64,000 nucleotides of DNA from an uncultured Akkermansia sp. (GCA_964506575.1 CAZDLY010000006.1:9911-73910); one strand, 5' to 3'. Shown: positions 1-9,157, numbered from the stretch's first letter. A program made the numbers and translations. The notes: generated by a model not told the origin, from the sequence alone.

Positions 1-29
1 TAATCCTAATCGTCTCGGATCACGCGCGG

Positions 30-926
30 CTATCGGCCGTCGAGGGTATCCGGCTTGTTCGGCAATGCTGTGATTCTGAAGTCCCTAAGTGACAGTTCAC
101 TCTCCCATTGGGGTAATCTACCTGCTGGACCTTGGATTTTCACAAGTGGAGGCGTGCGGCCTGCAAGTCCGTTGATCTTGGCCCACAATGTCGTGTCGCC
201 CCAGAATTGTGGTGGGGTATCAGCGGATGCGACGGATACAAAGATGCTGCCCGGTGTTTCGTTCCCTTCACGGATTGCCGCGAGGGCAAGCCGCTCAAGT
301 CGTCCCAATCCACTTCCCGGATTGGGTTTCTCCTGCATCCAACGTGTGACGGCGGCGGGAACCCAAGGCAAGGGAGCCCCCGACATCTCCGACAGTTCGG
401 CGAACAAAGCAGGATCCTGCGTTGCGAATGCCTCATCGACGACCTTGGCGAATTTGAATTGCTCTTCGGTTACAGCGCTTCGCCTGCCGTAGAGCGATGC
501 AAGCTGCTCGGGGTTCAGTTGTCCGAGCCCGTTGAACGGTTCTATTCCGGGAAATGCATCTACGCAGAGGAGTTCCACGTTGCCAGCGTCCTTTAGGCGG
601 AGGCACGTCAGAACATGGACGAGCATGGACTGGTCAAAAAGGCACGCATCGAACCACAGGACGATGTGCTTTCGGGTGGCGGCTTGCGCCAATCTTCGGT
701 ACTGATTCCGCAGCGTCTCAAGAACACACTGTTTGTCCAAGCCGCCTGCGGTGGCTTCTTCCAGAAAGGCCGCTCGGGCATTGAGGATATGTTCATCAGG
801 CCATCCGGGGTGCCGGGGACCCTCATACATAATGTCGTGCCAAACAAACACTTCACCGGGAAGCCCGGCCATTGCCATGCTTCCCCCTGCGCTGTCACCA
901 CTTGTGATGTGAAGTGTGTTCTCCAT
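30..926 (-). CDS. DUF1835-type domain protein (298 aa). Only the 3' third of ORF 30..2003 is credible.
   Basis: From the ATG at 926 (MENTLHITSGDSAGGSM...VFVWHDIMYEGP) the sequence resembles the DUF1835 N-terminus. The upstream part of the ORF is low-complexity and overlaps purN antisense. GC is visibly lower than in neighbouring genes. Confidence 0.72.
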   Translation of the reverse strand: MENTLHITSGDSAGGSMAMAGLPGEVFVWHDIMYEGPRHPGWPDEHILNARAAFLEEATAGGLDKQCVLETLRNQYRRLAQAATRKHIVLWFDACLFDQSMLVHVLTCLRLKDAGNVELLCVDAFPGIEPFNGLGQLNPEQLASLYGRRSAVTEEQFKFAKVVDEAFATQDPALFAELSEMSGAPLPWVPAAVTRWMQEKPNPGSGLGRLERLALAAIREGNETPGSIFVSVASADTPPQFWGDTTLWAKINGLAGRTPPLVKIQGPAGRLPQWESELSLRDFRITALPNKPDTLDGR

Positions 927-1167
927 TTTTTCTTCTGCCGACAGTTTACGTCGTGGGTTTGACGTATATGAGGTTTGATATGCCTCATTGATATGCGTCA
1001 AGACCGGCTTCGCGCCCTGTTTCTGATGGGGCACCACCCCCAGATCAGTATCCAGCAACAGCGCCAGCGTCCGGTGAGAGTGAAACAGATTCCATCTGCC
1101 TGTGCAAGGACATTCGTGCACCCACACAGTGGGCGCACGGGGGAGGATAAAAGGGAGGGAGAGAGAG

Positions 1168-1248
1168 AAAAAAAGCTGAAAAGGGAAAGCTGAAAGCTGA
1201 AATGAACACCCAACGACCAACACCCAACATTCAACGCCCAACGAAGAC
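1168..1248. repeat. Intergenic repeat block: AAAGCTG heptads (1168-1202), then three 14-bp repeats (cacccaacgaccaa / cacccaacattcaa / cgcccaacgaagac)
   Basis: Read directly from the sequence. A purine tract (gggaggataaaagggagggagagagagaaaaaaa) lies immediately 5'. Confidence 0.75.
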
Positions 1249-1309
1249 GCTGGCGCATAGGGCTTGCACCGTGTCACCGGCCATCTTCTTGCTGAGACCG
1301 ACGAGACGG

Positions 1310-1402
1310 CGCGGCCATCGTTCTCGTCCTCGATCCCGTATTGAACGGCGGTTCGCTGCCTTTCCGATCCGAAAACGACGATGACGATGACGATGACAAG
1401 CC
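1310..1402. repeat. Imperfect triplet-repeat hairpin: (CGT/TCT/CGT/CCT/CG) arm versus (GAC GAT)n arm
   Basis: The left arm catcgttctcgtcctcgatc pairs with the right arm gacgatgacgatgacgatgac at about 12/14 positions (counting one G:U) across a loop of about 40 nt. Arm composition matches the hairpin at 39079-39136. Confidence 0.45.
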
Positions 1403-1454
1403 ATCCTGAAAAAAACCTTGGAAGGAGGTGGCGGCGAGGTGCTATGATGGGCGC

Positions 1455-2084
1455 ATGAACAGCGAAACGAAGCCGATGAGAATTGGCGTGCTGGGATCGG
1501 GCACGGGAAGCAACATGCAGGCAATCCTCGACGCCGTGAAGGCGGGGACGCTGGACGCCCGGGTCGTGTGCGTGATCGCCGACGTGCCGGACGCGGGCAT
1601 TCTGGAACGGGGCCGGCGGCACGGCATTCCGTCGTATTACGTCGACCCCGCGCCCTACAAGACCAAGCTCGAAGGCGCCGCCGAGGCTCGCTGCATCGGG
1701 GTGTTGCGCGAGCAGGGCGTCGATACGGTCGTCCTGGCGGGCTTCATGCGGATTATCAAGCGCGGCCTGTTGCAGGCGTTCGGCGGCCGCGTGCTCAACA
1801 TCCATCCGGCGCTGCTCCCCTCCTTTCCCGGCCTCAAGGCCTGGGAGCAGGCGCTGGCCTACGGCGTCACCGTCACCGGATGCACCGTTCATTTTGTGGA
1901 CGAGGGCACCGACACCGGCCCGATCATCGTTCAGCGCGCCGTGCCGGTGCAGCCGGGCGACACCGCCGCGACGCTGCACGCCCGCATCCAGACGGCCGAG
2001 CACGAGGCCTACCCCGAAGCCCTGCGGCTCCTGGCCTCGGGCCGGCTCCGGATTTCCGGTCGCACCGTGACCGCCGCACCGTGA
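1455..2084 (+). CDS. purN: Phosphoribosylglycinamide formyltransferase
   Basis: MRIGVLGSGTGSNMQAILDA..., NIHPALLPSFPG and HFVDEGTDTGPII motifs. The start is ambiguous (ATG 1455 or ATG 1476). Confidence 0.9.
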   Translation: MNSETKPMRIGVLGSGTGSNMQAILDAVKAGTLDARVVCVIADVPDAGILERGRRHGIPSYYVDPAPYKTKLEGAAEARCIGVLREQGVDTVVLAGFMRIIKRGLLQAFGGRVLNIHPALLPSFPGLKAWEQALAYGVTVTGCTVHFVDEGTDTGPIIVQRAVPVQPGDTAATLHARIQTAEHEAYPEALRLLASGRLRISGRTVTAAP

Positions 2085-2168
2085 CAGCTTTGGCTTGCCG
2101 TCCGGTGCGGATGCGGTTAAAGTATGGCTTTATTCATCCCATTACGGTTGCGCGATCCGAGGACTGTT

Positions 2169-5100
2169 ATGACGAAAGACGATGCTTCCGACCTTCTTCT
2201 GAAACGCGGCTCTTTTTTCCGCCGGATCGACTGGGCGGCATTCTGGACGGCGACGATCCTCTCCTTTGCCGTCTTCTTCTTCACGCTGGGGCCTTCGGTG
2301 ACGCTGGAGGACTCGGGCGAACTGGCCGTGGCGGGCGATTATCTCGGCGTGCCCCATCCGCCGGGATATCCGATCTGGACGATGTGCGTGTTTGTTTTCG
2401 CCCGCGCCTTCGAGTGGGTGACGTTCCGCGGCCAGCCGACCCCGGCGTGGAGCATCGCGATGGCATCGGCGTTCTTCGGCGCGCTGGCAACGGGGCTGAC
2501 GGCGATGCTGATCACGCGTTCCGCATCGGACATCCTCAAGGACTCCCATCAGGACCTCCATGCCGCCACGGGGCGGCGCGAGGGGTGGTTCTGCTGGGCG
2601 GGCGGCGTCTCGGCGAGCCTGATCTTCGCCTTCAGCCCGGTGATGTGGTCGCAGGCGACGATCGTCGAGGTGTACACCCTCAACGCCTTCTTCCTGATGC
2701 TGATTCTCCTGCTGACCTACCGGTGGATGCGGCGTCCGACGGACACGGTCTTGTGGCTGACGGCATTCGTCTTCGGTCTCGGACTGACCAACTACCAGGT
2801 GCTGCTTCTGGCTGCGGTGCCGCTGGCGATCGTGATCATCCTGCGCGACGTGGCGCTGTTCCGCGATTTTCTGATGGTGGGCCTTCCGGTGTTGCTGACG
2901 GCACACGTGCTGAAACTCGGCGCGATGATGCCCACCCCGGGCTTTTCCAAGCTCGAACCCTTCGTCGGCGCCAAGGTTGTTGCGCCTTCGGGAACGCTGG
3001 TCATCGCGGGGCTGGCGGTGGTGCTGGCGGGGTTTGCCGCGGCGCTGGTGATGCGCCGGCGGGAACCCGCAAACGAGCGGGCGCGCAATCGCCGCAACGC
3101 GGTTCCCGCGGTCTTGTTCGGGCTGGGGCTGCTCCTCCTCGTGATCGCGGGCATGGTCACGCATCCGTTGCGCGTGCCGGGGGAGTTTGCGCCCCGCCTC
3201 GATCCGGTGCGTTACCTGTGGATCGGCATTCTGGCGATTGGCGTGGTGACCGGTTCGGCGCTGGCCGGTTTCGCCAAGCGCGATCGGTGGTCGGACCGGT
3301 GGGTCAGCGTGCCGCTGGCCCTGGCCATCGGCCTGCTGCTGGTCCTGATTGTGACGGTGGCCAACCTGCCGGCCGCGCGCCTGCTGCCGGCCGCGCCGGG
3401 ACAGCCGGTGTTCTCCTGGACCCTGCCGACGCTGGTCTTCCTGGGGGGCTGCGGTCTCTTGTTCCTGATGGGGGCTTCAACCCCCAAGGGCATCTTTTTC
3501 GCGCTGGCCGTATTGGGGGTGCAAACGGCGCTCTTCGGCCTCGTTCGCAAGGGGGCGTTGCTCGGGCTCACCCACCCGACGACGTGGTGGTTTCAGGCGC
3601 CGCTGTGGTGGAACTTCGGCGTACTGGCGCTGGCCTGGCTGCTGTTGCCGCACGGCAGGCTCGTGTCGCTTTCCCTCTTCTTTTCCGAACTGGGCGTTTC
3701 GTTCTACGTCTACATGCCGATCGTCTCCGACCTGCGCAACCCGCCGATGAACTGGGGGTATCCGCGCACGTGGGAGGGCTTCAAGCATGCGATCACCCGC
3801 GGCCAATACGAGAAAATCGTCCCGTCAGCCGCCAAGCTTCTGCCGCAACTGGGCTCCTATTTCACCGACTTGCGGGTGCAGTTCACCCTGCTGCTCGCGC
3901 CTCTGGGTTTTCTGCCCTTTGCGGCCTGGCAGATGCGCGGCCCGGCGTGGGGGCGCAAACGGGGGTGGATCGTCTGCCTGGCGACGCTGGCGGGCGCGGC
4001 ACTGATCTGGTTCGTCAGCCTGCAGTCGTGGACGCCCCAGGTCGTCCACCTGTCGCTGCTTCCGGGGCTGAGGGCCACAGCCCTTCCGCTCGGCGCCATC
4101 CTGCGGGGTGCGGCTGTGGCCGGACTGATTCTGTCGATCACGGGAGCCCTTGCGGCGGGGGTGAAGATGCTGCACGCGGCGATCGGGCTGTTTGTGGTCT
4201 CCATACCGTTTGTGATTCTGGCGGGGATCCCGCAAATCGAACGGATCTTCGACATCACCCGCTTTGACAAGCTGCTGCTGGCCGGCGTGCTCATGATCGC
4301 GGCGGTGGGCGGCCTCGTGCTGATGTTCACGCAGTTGGACGAGCGGGTGATGAACATCGTCCGTTCGGGGAACCGCTCGGAGAAGCACACGCTGGGCGTG
4401 ATCGGCGGCCTGACGCTGCTCGGGCTGTGGTTGGGACAGGGCACCCTCGTGGCCGCCCAGGACCCGCATTCGCTGCTGGCAGGCCTCCGCAGCGGCCTGA
4501 ATGTCCTGCTCGCGGTTGCCGGCGTCGCCGCGTTGGTGTGGGGGCGGCGCGCGCTGGCCCGCCGGGGCGGGCTGCGTTGCGCGATGGGCGAGGTGACCCA
4601 GCAGTGGATCATCGCCACGGTGGCCGCCTTTCTGATGATGAGCGTGCTGTTGATCGTTCTGGCCAACCCCAAGGGGGATCTCCAGGACGCCTTCATCCAG
4701 AAGGTGAAGTTCATTTCGTCGCACGGCCTGTTCGCCCTCTGGATCGGTTACGGCCTGGTGTTCGGTCTGGCGGCCTTCGACACCCTGCTGTCCTTTGTCC
4801 TGGCCGGGGGCCGTCCGCCGGACCCCGCCGGCCCGAGTCCCCGGCCCGGTCGGCGCCTCCTGTCACAGGGAATCCTCGCAGCTGCCGTCGCAGTGACGCT
4901 GGCGCTGGCGGCCATTCCGGTTTACCGCAATTACACCGATGACCGGCTGGTCTTCGAATTCGGCGGCTCGGAGCAGAACGCCAATGACTACGGCTGGCAG
5001 TTCGGCAACTACCAGTTGCGCGGCGCGGCCGCGATCACCGAGGAGCTGGAGGCGACCGAAGAGCCGCTGCCCAACCCGCTCTTCCCGCCCGCGATGGGGC

Positions 5101-6491
5101 CGGACGCGGTCTTCTTCGGCGGCACCGACCCCGGGCGATTTGTTCCGACCTACATGATCTACTCGGCGCGGGTGCGGCCCGACGTCTTCCTGATCACCCA
5201 GAACGCGCTGGCCGACAACACCTACATGGCCACGATGCGCGCCCTGTATGCCGATCTGATCTGGATGCCGACGACGGATGACAGCGCGCAGTCGTTCAGA
5301 ATCTACGTGGACGAGGTCAACGCGGGCAAGCGGCCGCGCAACGCCGAGCTGGTGGTGGAGAACGGCCGCGTGCAGGTGAGCGGCGCGCTGGGCGTGATGG
5401 AGATCAACGGCATCCTGTGCGAGATGATCTGGCGCAACAACAACTTCCGTCATGCGTTCTACGTCGAGGAGAGCTATCCCATCCAGTGGATGTACCCTTA
5501 CTTCACGCCGCACGGCCTGATCATGAAGCTCAACAACGAGCAGGCGCCGCTGTCCGCGGAGGCCGTCACCGCCGACCTGGACTTCTGGGACTGGTATTGG
5601 CGCCGCCTCACCCGCGACGAGCGGTTCCGCCGCGACGTGGTGGCCCAGAAGTCGTTCTCCAAGCTGCGCGGCTCGATCGGCGGGCTCTATGTGGCGCATG
5701 GCCGGACACGCGAGGCCGAGACGGCGCTCCAGGAGGCGCGCATCCTCTATCCGCCCAGCCCGGAAGCCAACTTCAAGCTGGCGCAGGACGTCCTGCTGCG
5801 GCAGGGGCGTACGGCGGATGCGCTGGACGTGATCAGCACGTTGGTGCGGCTCGATCCCAACAACGCCTCGGCGAATACCTTCCGCAGCACGCTGGCCCAC
5901 TATGACGCGATGGAGCGGCGGTTACGCGTCCTCCTGACCGAGGCGCAGCAGGGTGGAGCGATGCCGCTGGAGAAGACTTTGGAGATCGCCCAGTGCTACC
6001 GCGAACTCGGCAACATCGAACAGTCGGCGCGGGTGCTGGAGCATCTCGCGGGGCTGGACGGACTGCCGTGGAACGTCATGCTGGACGTGGGCGTCCAGCT
6101 CGCCGAGGCGCGGAAGGTCGAAGCCTCGGAACGATTGCTCGATCGCCTGATGGCGCAACCGCTCCCCAAGGAATTCCCGCTTGACGGGTTCATCCGGATT
6201 GCCCGGGCCTACGATCTTTGCGGGCATACGGAGAAGATGATCGCGCCCGTGACGCGCTATCTGCAGGCGCAGCCGGGCGAGTGGCGCGTGTGGATCACGC
6301 TGGCTGTGGCGTACCAGAAGATGCGGATGGATGGCAACGCGCTCGGAGCCTTGCGGCGCGCCCAGGAACTCGGCCGCTCCCAGGCGATGCAGGCGGCGTA
6401 TCAGATACCGGGGCTGAAGCCTCTGGTGGAACAGCTCGTTCAGCAAGGCCGAGGCGCCGGCGCTCTGGGACTGCCGGGGCTGCCGAAATAG
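2169..6491 (+). CDS. Large polytopic DUF2723/TMEM260-like putative glycosyltransferase with a C-terminal TPR region (about 1440 aa)
   Basis: EDSGELAVAGDYLGVPHPPGYPIW signature, many predicted TM helices, and a TPR-like C-terminal third. ATG 2169 has a GAGGA Shine-Dalgarno 5 nt upstream. The ORF is open from 2124. Confidence 0.85.
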   Translation: MTKDDASDLLLKRGSFFRRIDWAAFWTATILSFAVFFFTLGPSVTLEDSGELAVAGDYLGVPHPPGYPIWTMCVFVFARAFEWVTFRGQPTPAWSIAMASAFFGALATGLTAMLITRSASDILKDSHQDLHAATGRREGWFCWAGGVSASLIFAFSPVMWSQATIVEVYTLNAFFLMLILLLTYRWMRRPTDTVLWLTAFVFGLGLTNYQVLLLAAVPLAIVIILRDVALFRDFLMVGLPVLLTAHVLKLGAMMPTPGFSKLEPFVGAKVVAPSGTLVIAGLAVVLAGFAAALVMRRREPANERARNRRNAVPAVLFGLGLLLLVIAGMVTHPLRVPGEFAPRLDPVRYLWIGILAIGVVTGSALAGFAKRDRWSDRWVSVPLALAIGLLLVLIVTVANLPAARLLPAAPGQPVFSWTLPTLVFLGGCGLLFLMGASTPKGIFFALAVLGVQTALFGLVRKGALLGLTHPTTWWFQAPLWWNFGVLALAWLLLPHGRLVSLSLFFSELGVSFYVYMPIVSDLRNPPMNWGYPRTWEGFKHAITRGQYEKIVPSAAKLLPQLGSYFTDLRVQFTLLLAPLGFLPFAAWQMRGPAWGRKRGWIVCLATLAGAALIWFVSLQSWTPQVVHLSLLPGLRATALPLGAILRGAAVAGLILSITGALAAGVKMLHAAIGLFVVSIPFVILAGIPQIERIFDITRFDKLLLAGVLMIAAVGGLVLMFTQLDERVMNIVRSGNRSEKHTLGVIGGLTLLGLWLGQGTLVAAQDPHSLLAGLRSGLNVLLAVAGVAALVWGRRALARRGGLRCAMGEVTQQWIIATVAAFLMMSVLLIVLANPKGDLQDAFIQKVKFISSHGLFALWIGYGLVFGLAAFDTLLSFVLAGGRPPDPAGPSPRPGRRLLSQGILAAAVAVTLALAAIPVYRNYTDDRLVFEFGGSEQNANDYGWQFGNYQLRGAAAITEELEATEEPLPNPLFPPAMGPDAVFFGGTDPGRFVPTYMIYSARVRPDVFLITQNALADNTYMATMRALYADLIWMPTTDDSAQSFRIYVDEVNAGKRPRNAELVVENGRVQVSGALGVMEINGILCEMIWRNNNFRHAFYVEESYPIQWMYPYFTPHGLIMKLNNEQAPLSAEAVTADLDFWDWYWRRLTRDERFRRDVVAQKSFSKLRGSIGGLYVAHGRTREAETALQEARILYPPSPEANFKLAQDVLLRQGRTADALDVISTLVRLDPNNASANTFRSTLAHYDAMERRLRVLLTEAQQGGAMPLEKTLEIAQCYRELGNIEQSARVLEHLAGLDGLPWNVMLDVGVQLAEARKVEASERLLDRLMAQPLPKEFPLDGFIRIARAYDLCGHTEKMIAPVTRYLQAQPGEWRVWITLAVAYQKMRMDGNALGALRRAQELGRSQAMQAAYQIPGLKPLVEQLVQQGRGAGALGLPGLPK

Positions 6492-6498
6492 GATTCCG

Positions 6499-6534
6499 CT
6501 TTCAGTTTTCAGCTTTCAGCTTTCAGCTTTTCTC
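6499..6534 (+). repeat. Tandem heptad array CTTTCAG/TTTTCAG x4.5 between the DUF2723-gene stop and the rsmE start
   Basis: gctttcagttttcagctttcagctttcagcttttct. This is the reverse complement of the AAAGCTG heptads at 1168-1202. Confidence 0.8.
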
Positions 6535-6550
6535 TGGAGTCGTTGCCGCC

Positions 6551-7285
6551 ATGCTCCGACAATTCATCGATACCCCGCGGCTCCTGGCCGACGGGTGCGT
6601 GCTGGATCGGGACGAGTCGCACCACTTGATCCGGGTGCTGCGCGTGACGCCGGGCGACGGGGTCGAGGGATTTGACGGCGCGGGGCTGATCCGCCCGTTG
6701 CGAGTGGCCCGTGTGGCCAGGAACGAGGTGGGGCTGGAACCCGCTGGCGTCGCCGTGTTGCGCCCGCGGCCCGCCTGCGCGATCACGCTCTTCGTCTGCA
6801 TCAGCAAGGGGAGCCGGATGGACTGGACCGTGGAGAAGGCGGTCGAGACCGGGGCGTCGCGGATCGTGCCGGTGCTGTCCGCCCGGACGGTGGTGCGGCT
6901 CGACGCGCCGGAGGGTCTCGAGAAGCGGATGCGGTGGGAGCGGGTCGCGCGCGAGGCGGCCCGGCAATGCGGCGCGGCGTGGGTGCCGCGGATCGAGGCA
7001 CCGCTGGCGTGCGACGCCAGCGCGGCGCTCGTCGCCGAATCCGCGCCCGTGCTGGTGGGAGCGTTGCGCCCGGACACGCCTCTGTTGCGCGAGGCGCTGG
7101 CGGCTTTTCCGGAGCGGCCCCGTCAGGCCGGATGGTTCGTCGGTCCCGAGGGCGATTTCACCCCCGAGGAACTGGATCGGCTGATCGCCGCCGGCGCGAT
7201 TCCGGTCGCCCTCGGCGGCCTGGTTCTGCGCGCCGAGACAGCCGCGCTCTACGGCCTGTGCGTCCTCGGCAGCCGCTGGCTGTAG
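6551..7285 (+). CDS. rsmE: 16S rRNA (uracil1498-N3)-methyltransferase
   Basis: 244 aa with an N-terminal PUA-like region (ESHHLIRVLRV), WTVEKAVETGA and GPEGDFT motifs. The ATG at 6551 lies inside longer ORF 6218..7285. Confidence 0.87.
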   Translation: MLRQFIDTPRLLADGCVLDRDESHHLIRVLRVTPGDGVEGFDGAGLIRPLRVARVARNEVGLEPAGVAVLRPRPACAITLFVCISKGSRMDWTVEKAVETGASRIVPVLSARTVVRLDAPEGLEKRMRWERVAREAARQCGAAWVPRIEAPLACDASAALVAESAPVLVGALRPDTPLLREALAAFPERPRQAGWFVGPEGDFTPEELDRLIAAGAIPVALGGLVLRAETAALYGLCVLGSRWL

Positions 7286-8467
7286 CTAATGCTTCTGGCG
7301 CAGCGCATCACGGTTGGCAAAGAAGGTCTCGGCCGCCTTCCGCATCCGCTCGGCGTCGGGAAAGACGGAGGGCTCACAGGAATCGCGGAACTCCTCGAGC
7401 AGCCTGCGCTGCTTGGACGAGAGGTGGACCGGAACCTCGATCACGATGCGAACGTTCAGATCGCCGGTGCCACGGCCTTCGACGCTGGGAATGCCTTTGT
7501 CGCGCAGGCGGAACACCTTGCCGTTGGGCGTCCCGGGCGGGAGGCGGATCTCGGCGAAACCCTCGGGCGTCGGGACCTTGACCGTGCCGCCGAGGGCGGC
7601 ATCGGCCGGCGAGACCGGCACCGTGCAGGTGAGATCATCGCCCTGCCGGTCAAACAACGCGTGGTCGCGCACGTGAAGCACGACGTAGAGGTCGCCCGGA
7701 GCGCCGCCGCGTAGTCCCCCCTCTCCCTTGCCGGGGAGCCGGAGCCGGGAGCCGGTCTCGACGCCGCGCGGGATGCGCAGGGTCAGCTTGCGGCGCGCCT
7801 TCACGCGGCCTGATCCGCCGCACTTCGCGCAGGGTTGGCGGATCATCGTCCCTTCGCCGTGGCACACGGGACAGGGTTGCCGGATCTGGAAGAAGCCGCC
7901 GCCGGCGACGACGAATCCGTGACCGCCGCACTGGCGGCAGGTTTCGCGCTTGGCGCCGGCCGCCGCGCCGGTGCCGTGGCACAGGTCGCAGCCGTCATTC
8001 ACCGGGATGTCAATCTCGCGTTCGGAACCGAACGCCGACTCCTCGAGATCGATCTCGAGGTCAAAACGGAGGTCGTTGCCGCGCTCCTCCTCGGTGCGCG
8101 AGCGCCGGGCGCCGCGGCCGCCAAACATGTTGCCGAACGCGCCTTCGCCGCCGCCGAACAGATTGCCGAGGATGTCCTCGATGTCCGACATGTGCGTGAA
8201 GTCACGGCCGAAGTCAAAGCCGCCGGGCCCGAACGTCGACTTCATCCCCTCGTGGCCGAATTGGTCGAACTGCCGCCGTTTCTTCTCATCGCTCAGCACT
8301 TCGTAGGCCTCGGAAACCTCGCGGAACTTGACCTCGGACTCTTTGTTGTTCGGGTTGCGGTCGGGGTGGTATTGCATGGCCAGCTTGCGATAGGCCTTCT
8401 TGATCTCGTCGGCCGAAGCGGTCTTGCCGATTCCCAGAACCTCGTAATAATCGCGTTTTGCAGCCAT
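7286..8467 (-). CDS. dnaJ: Molecular chaperone DnaJ
   Basis: J-domain with HPD, a G/F-rich region, and four CxxCxGxG zinc motifs ([32 protein letters not shown]). Confidence 0.96.
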   Translation of the reverse strand: MAAKRDYYEVLGIGKTASADEIKKAYRKLAMQYHPDRNPNNKESEVKFREVSEAYEVLSDEKKRRQFDQFGHEGMKSTFGPGGFDFGRDFTHMSDIEDILGNLFGGGEGAFGNMFGGRGARRSRTEEERGNDLRFDLEIDLEESAFGSEREIDIPVNDGCDLCHGTGAAAGAKRETCRQCGGHGFVVAGGGFFQIRQPCPVCHGEGTMIRQPCAKCGGSGRVKARRKLTLRIPRGVETGSRLRLPGKGEGGLRGGAPGDLYVVLHVRDHALFDRQGDDLTCTVPVSPADAALGGTVKVPTPEGFAEIRLPPGTPNGKVFRLRDKGIPSVEGRGTGDLNVRIVIEVPVHLSSKQRRLLEEFRDSCEPSVFPDAERMRKAAETFFANRDALRQKH

Positions 8468-8503
8468 GGTTCAGTATCCGGTCTTCTGTGTTCGGTTCGG
8501 TGT

Positions 8504-9157
8504 TCAGCCGGCGGTCGGCTCGACGACCGGGTCGGGCGGCGGGGTTTCCGGTCCGGAAGAGATCATCACTTGAGCGGGTCGGATGAAGCGGCCCGCCAGG
8601 CTCCAGCCCTTGCGGAGCTGGAGCGAGACATGTCCGGCCGGAACCACATCAGAGGGCGCCTCGTTCAGCGCTTCGTGCCGGCCGGGATCGAACGGCTGGC
8701 CGACCGCGTCCTCGGGCCTGGCGTCAAACTTGGCCAGCGCGGCGTGAATCTGGTCGGCCACCAGGCGCACGCCCGTGACAAAGGGATCGGCGGGGTTGGC
8801 TGCCGCGGCCAACGCGAAGTCGAGATGGTCGATCGCCTGGAGAAGTTCGAGGATCAGCGCCTCGTTGGCGCGCTTGACGATCTCCTCGCGCTCGCGCACC
8901 TGGCGTTTCCTGAAATTGTCAAAATCGGCCAGCAACCGGGCATAGCGGTCCTTGACGGCCGCCAGCTCGGCGGCATCGGGCGGCGGAACGGGCTCCCCGG
9001 CGGCCGCCGGTTCCACGGCCGGCTCATCGGCGGCAACAACTGCGTCGGCAGGAGCCGGCGACCCGTCAGTCCCTGCAGCCGCATCGGCAGCGGGGGCTTG
9101 TTCGTCCTGAGTCTCCAGGGGTTCGTGTCCCGCATTCTTTTTCTTCGATGAAAACAT
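8504..9157 (-). CDS. grpE: Nucleotide exchange factor GrpE
   Basis: LADFDNFRKRQVRERE core, an acidic/Ala-Pro-rich N-terminus, and position directly upstream of dnaJ. Confidence 0.93.
   Translation of the reverse strand: MFSSKKKNAGHEPLETQDEQAPAADAAAGTDGSPAPADAVVAADEPAVEPAAAGEPVPPPDAAELAAVKDRYARLLADFDNFRKRQVREREEIVKRANEALILELLQAIDHLDFALAAAANPADPFVTGVRLVADQIHAALAKFDARPEDAVGQPFDPGRHEALNEAPSDVVPAGHVSLQLRKGWSLAGRFIRPAQVMISSGPETPPPDPVVEPTAG

Noticed and set aside
1168-1248. CRISPR-like array, prompted by the short tandem repeats at 1168-1248 and 6499-6534.
   Set aside because: The repeat units are only 7-14 bp and directly adjacent, with no spacers. There are no cas genes in the window.
1378-1401. 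(GAC GAT)n GAC AAG would encode DDDDDDDK, an enterokinase/FLAG-like site, which raised the question of vector contamination.
   Set aside because: The tract is not in frame with any credible ORF. It has no adjacent tag or vector sequence, and it matches the triplet-repeat hairpin vocabulary seen elsewhere in the window.
927-2003. N-terminal 359 aa of ORF 30..2003 on the minus strand.
   Set aside because: This part runs antisense through purN and through the repeat-filled spacer, and it has no protein-like features. Only the segment from ATG 926 resembles a real (DUF1835-type) protein.
1568-4267. 899-aa ORF on the + strand, plus other very long alternate-frame or antisense ORFs: 10344-13121, 15093-17054, 17477-19411, 22103-24145, 34734-37175, 41337-43730, 43754-45145, 55136-56902, 59790-61505.
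   Set aside because: Their translations are Arg/Ala/Gly/Pro-rich low-complexity sequences with no motifs. Each overlaps, in another frame or on the other strand, a gene with clear family signatures. They are typical stop-codon-poor shadow ORFs of high-GC DNA.
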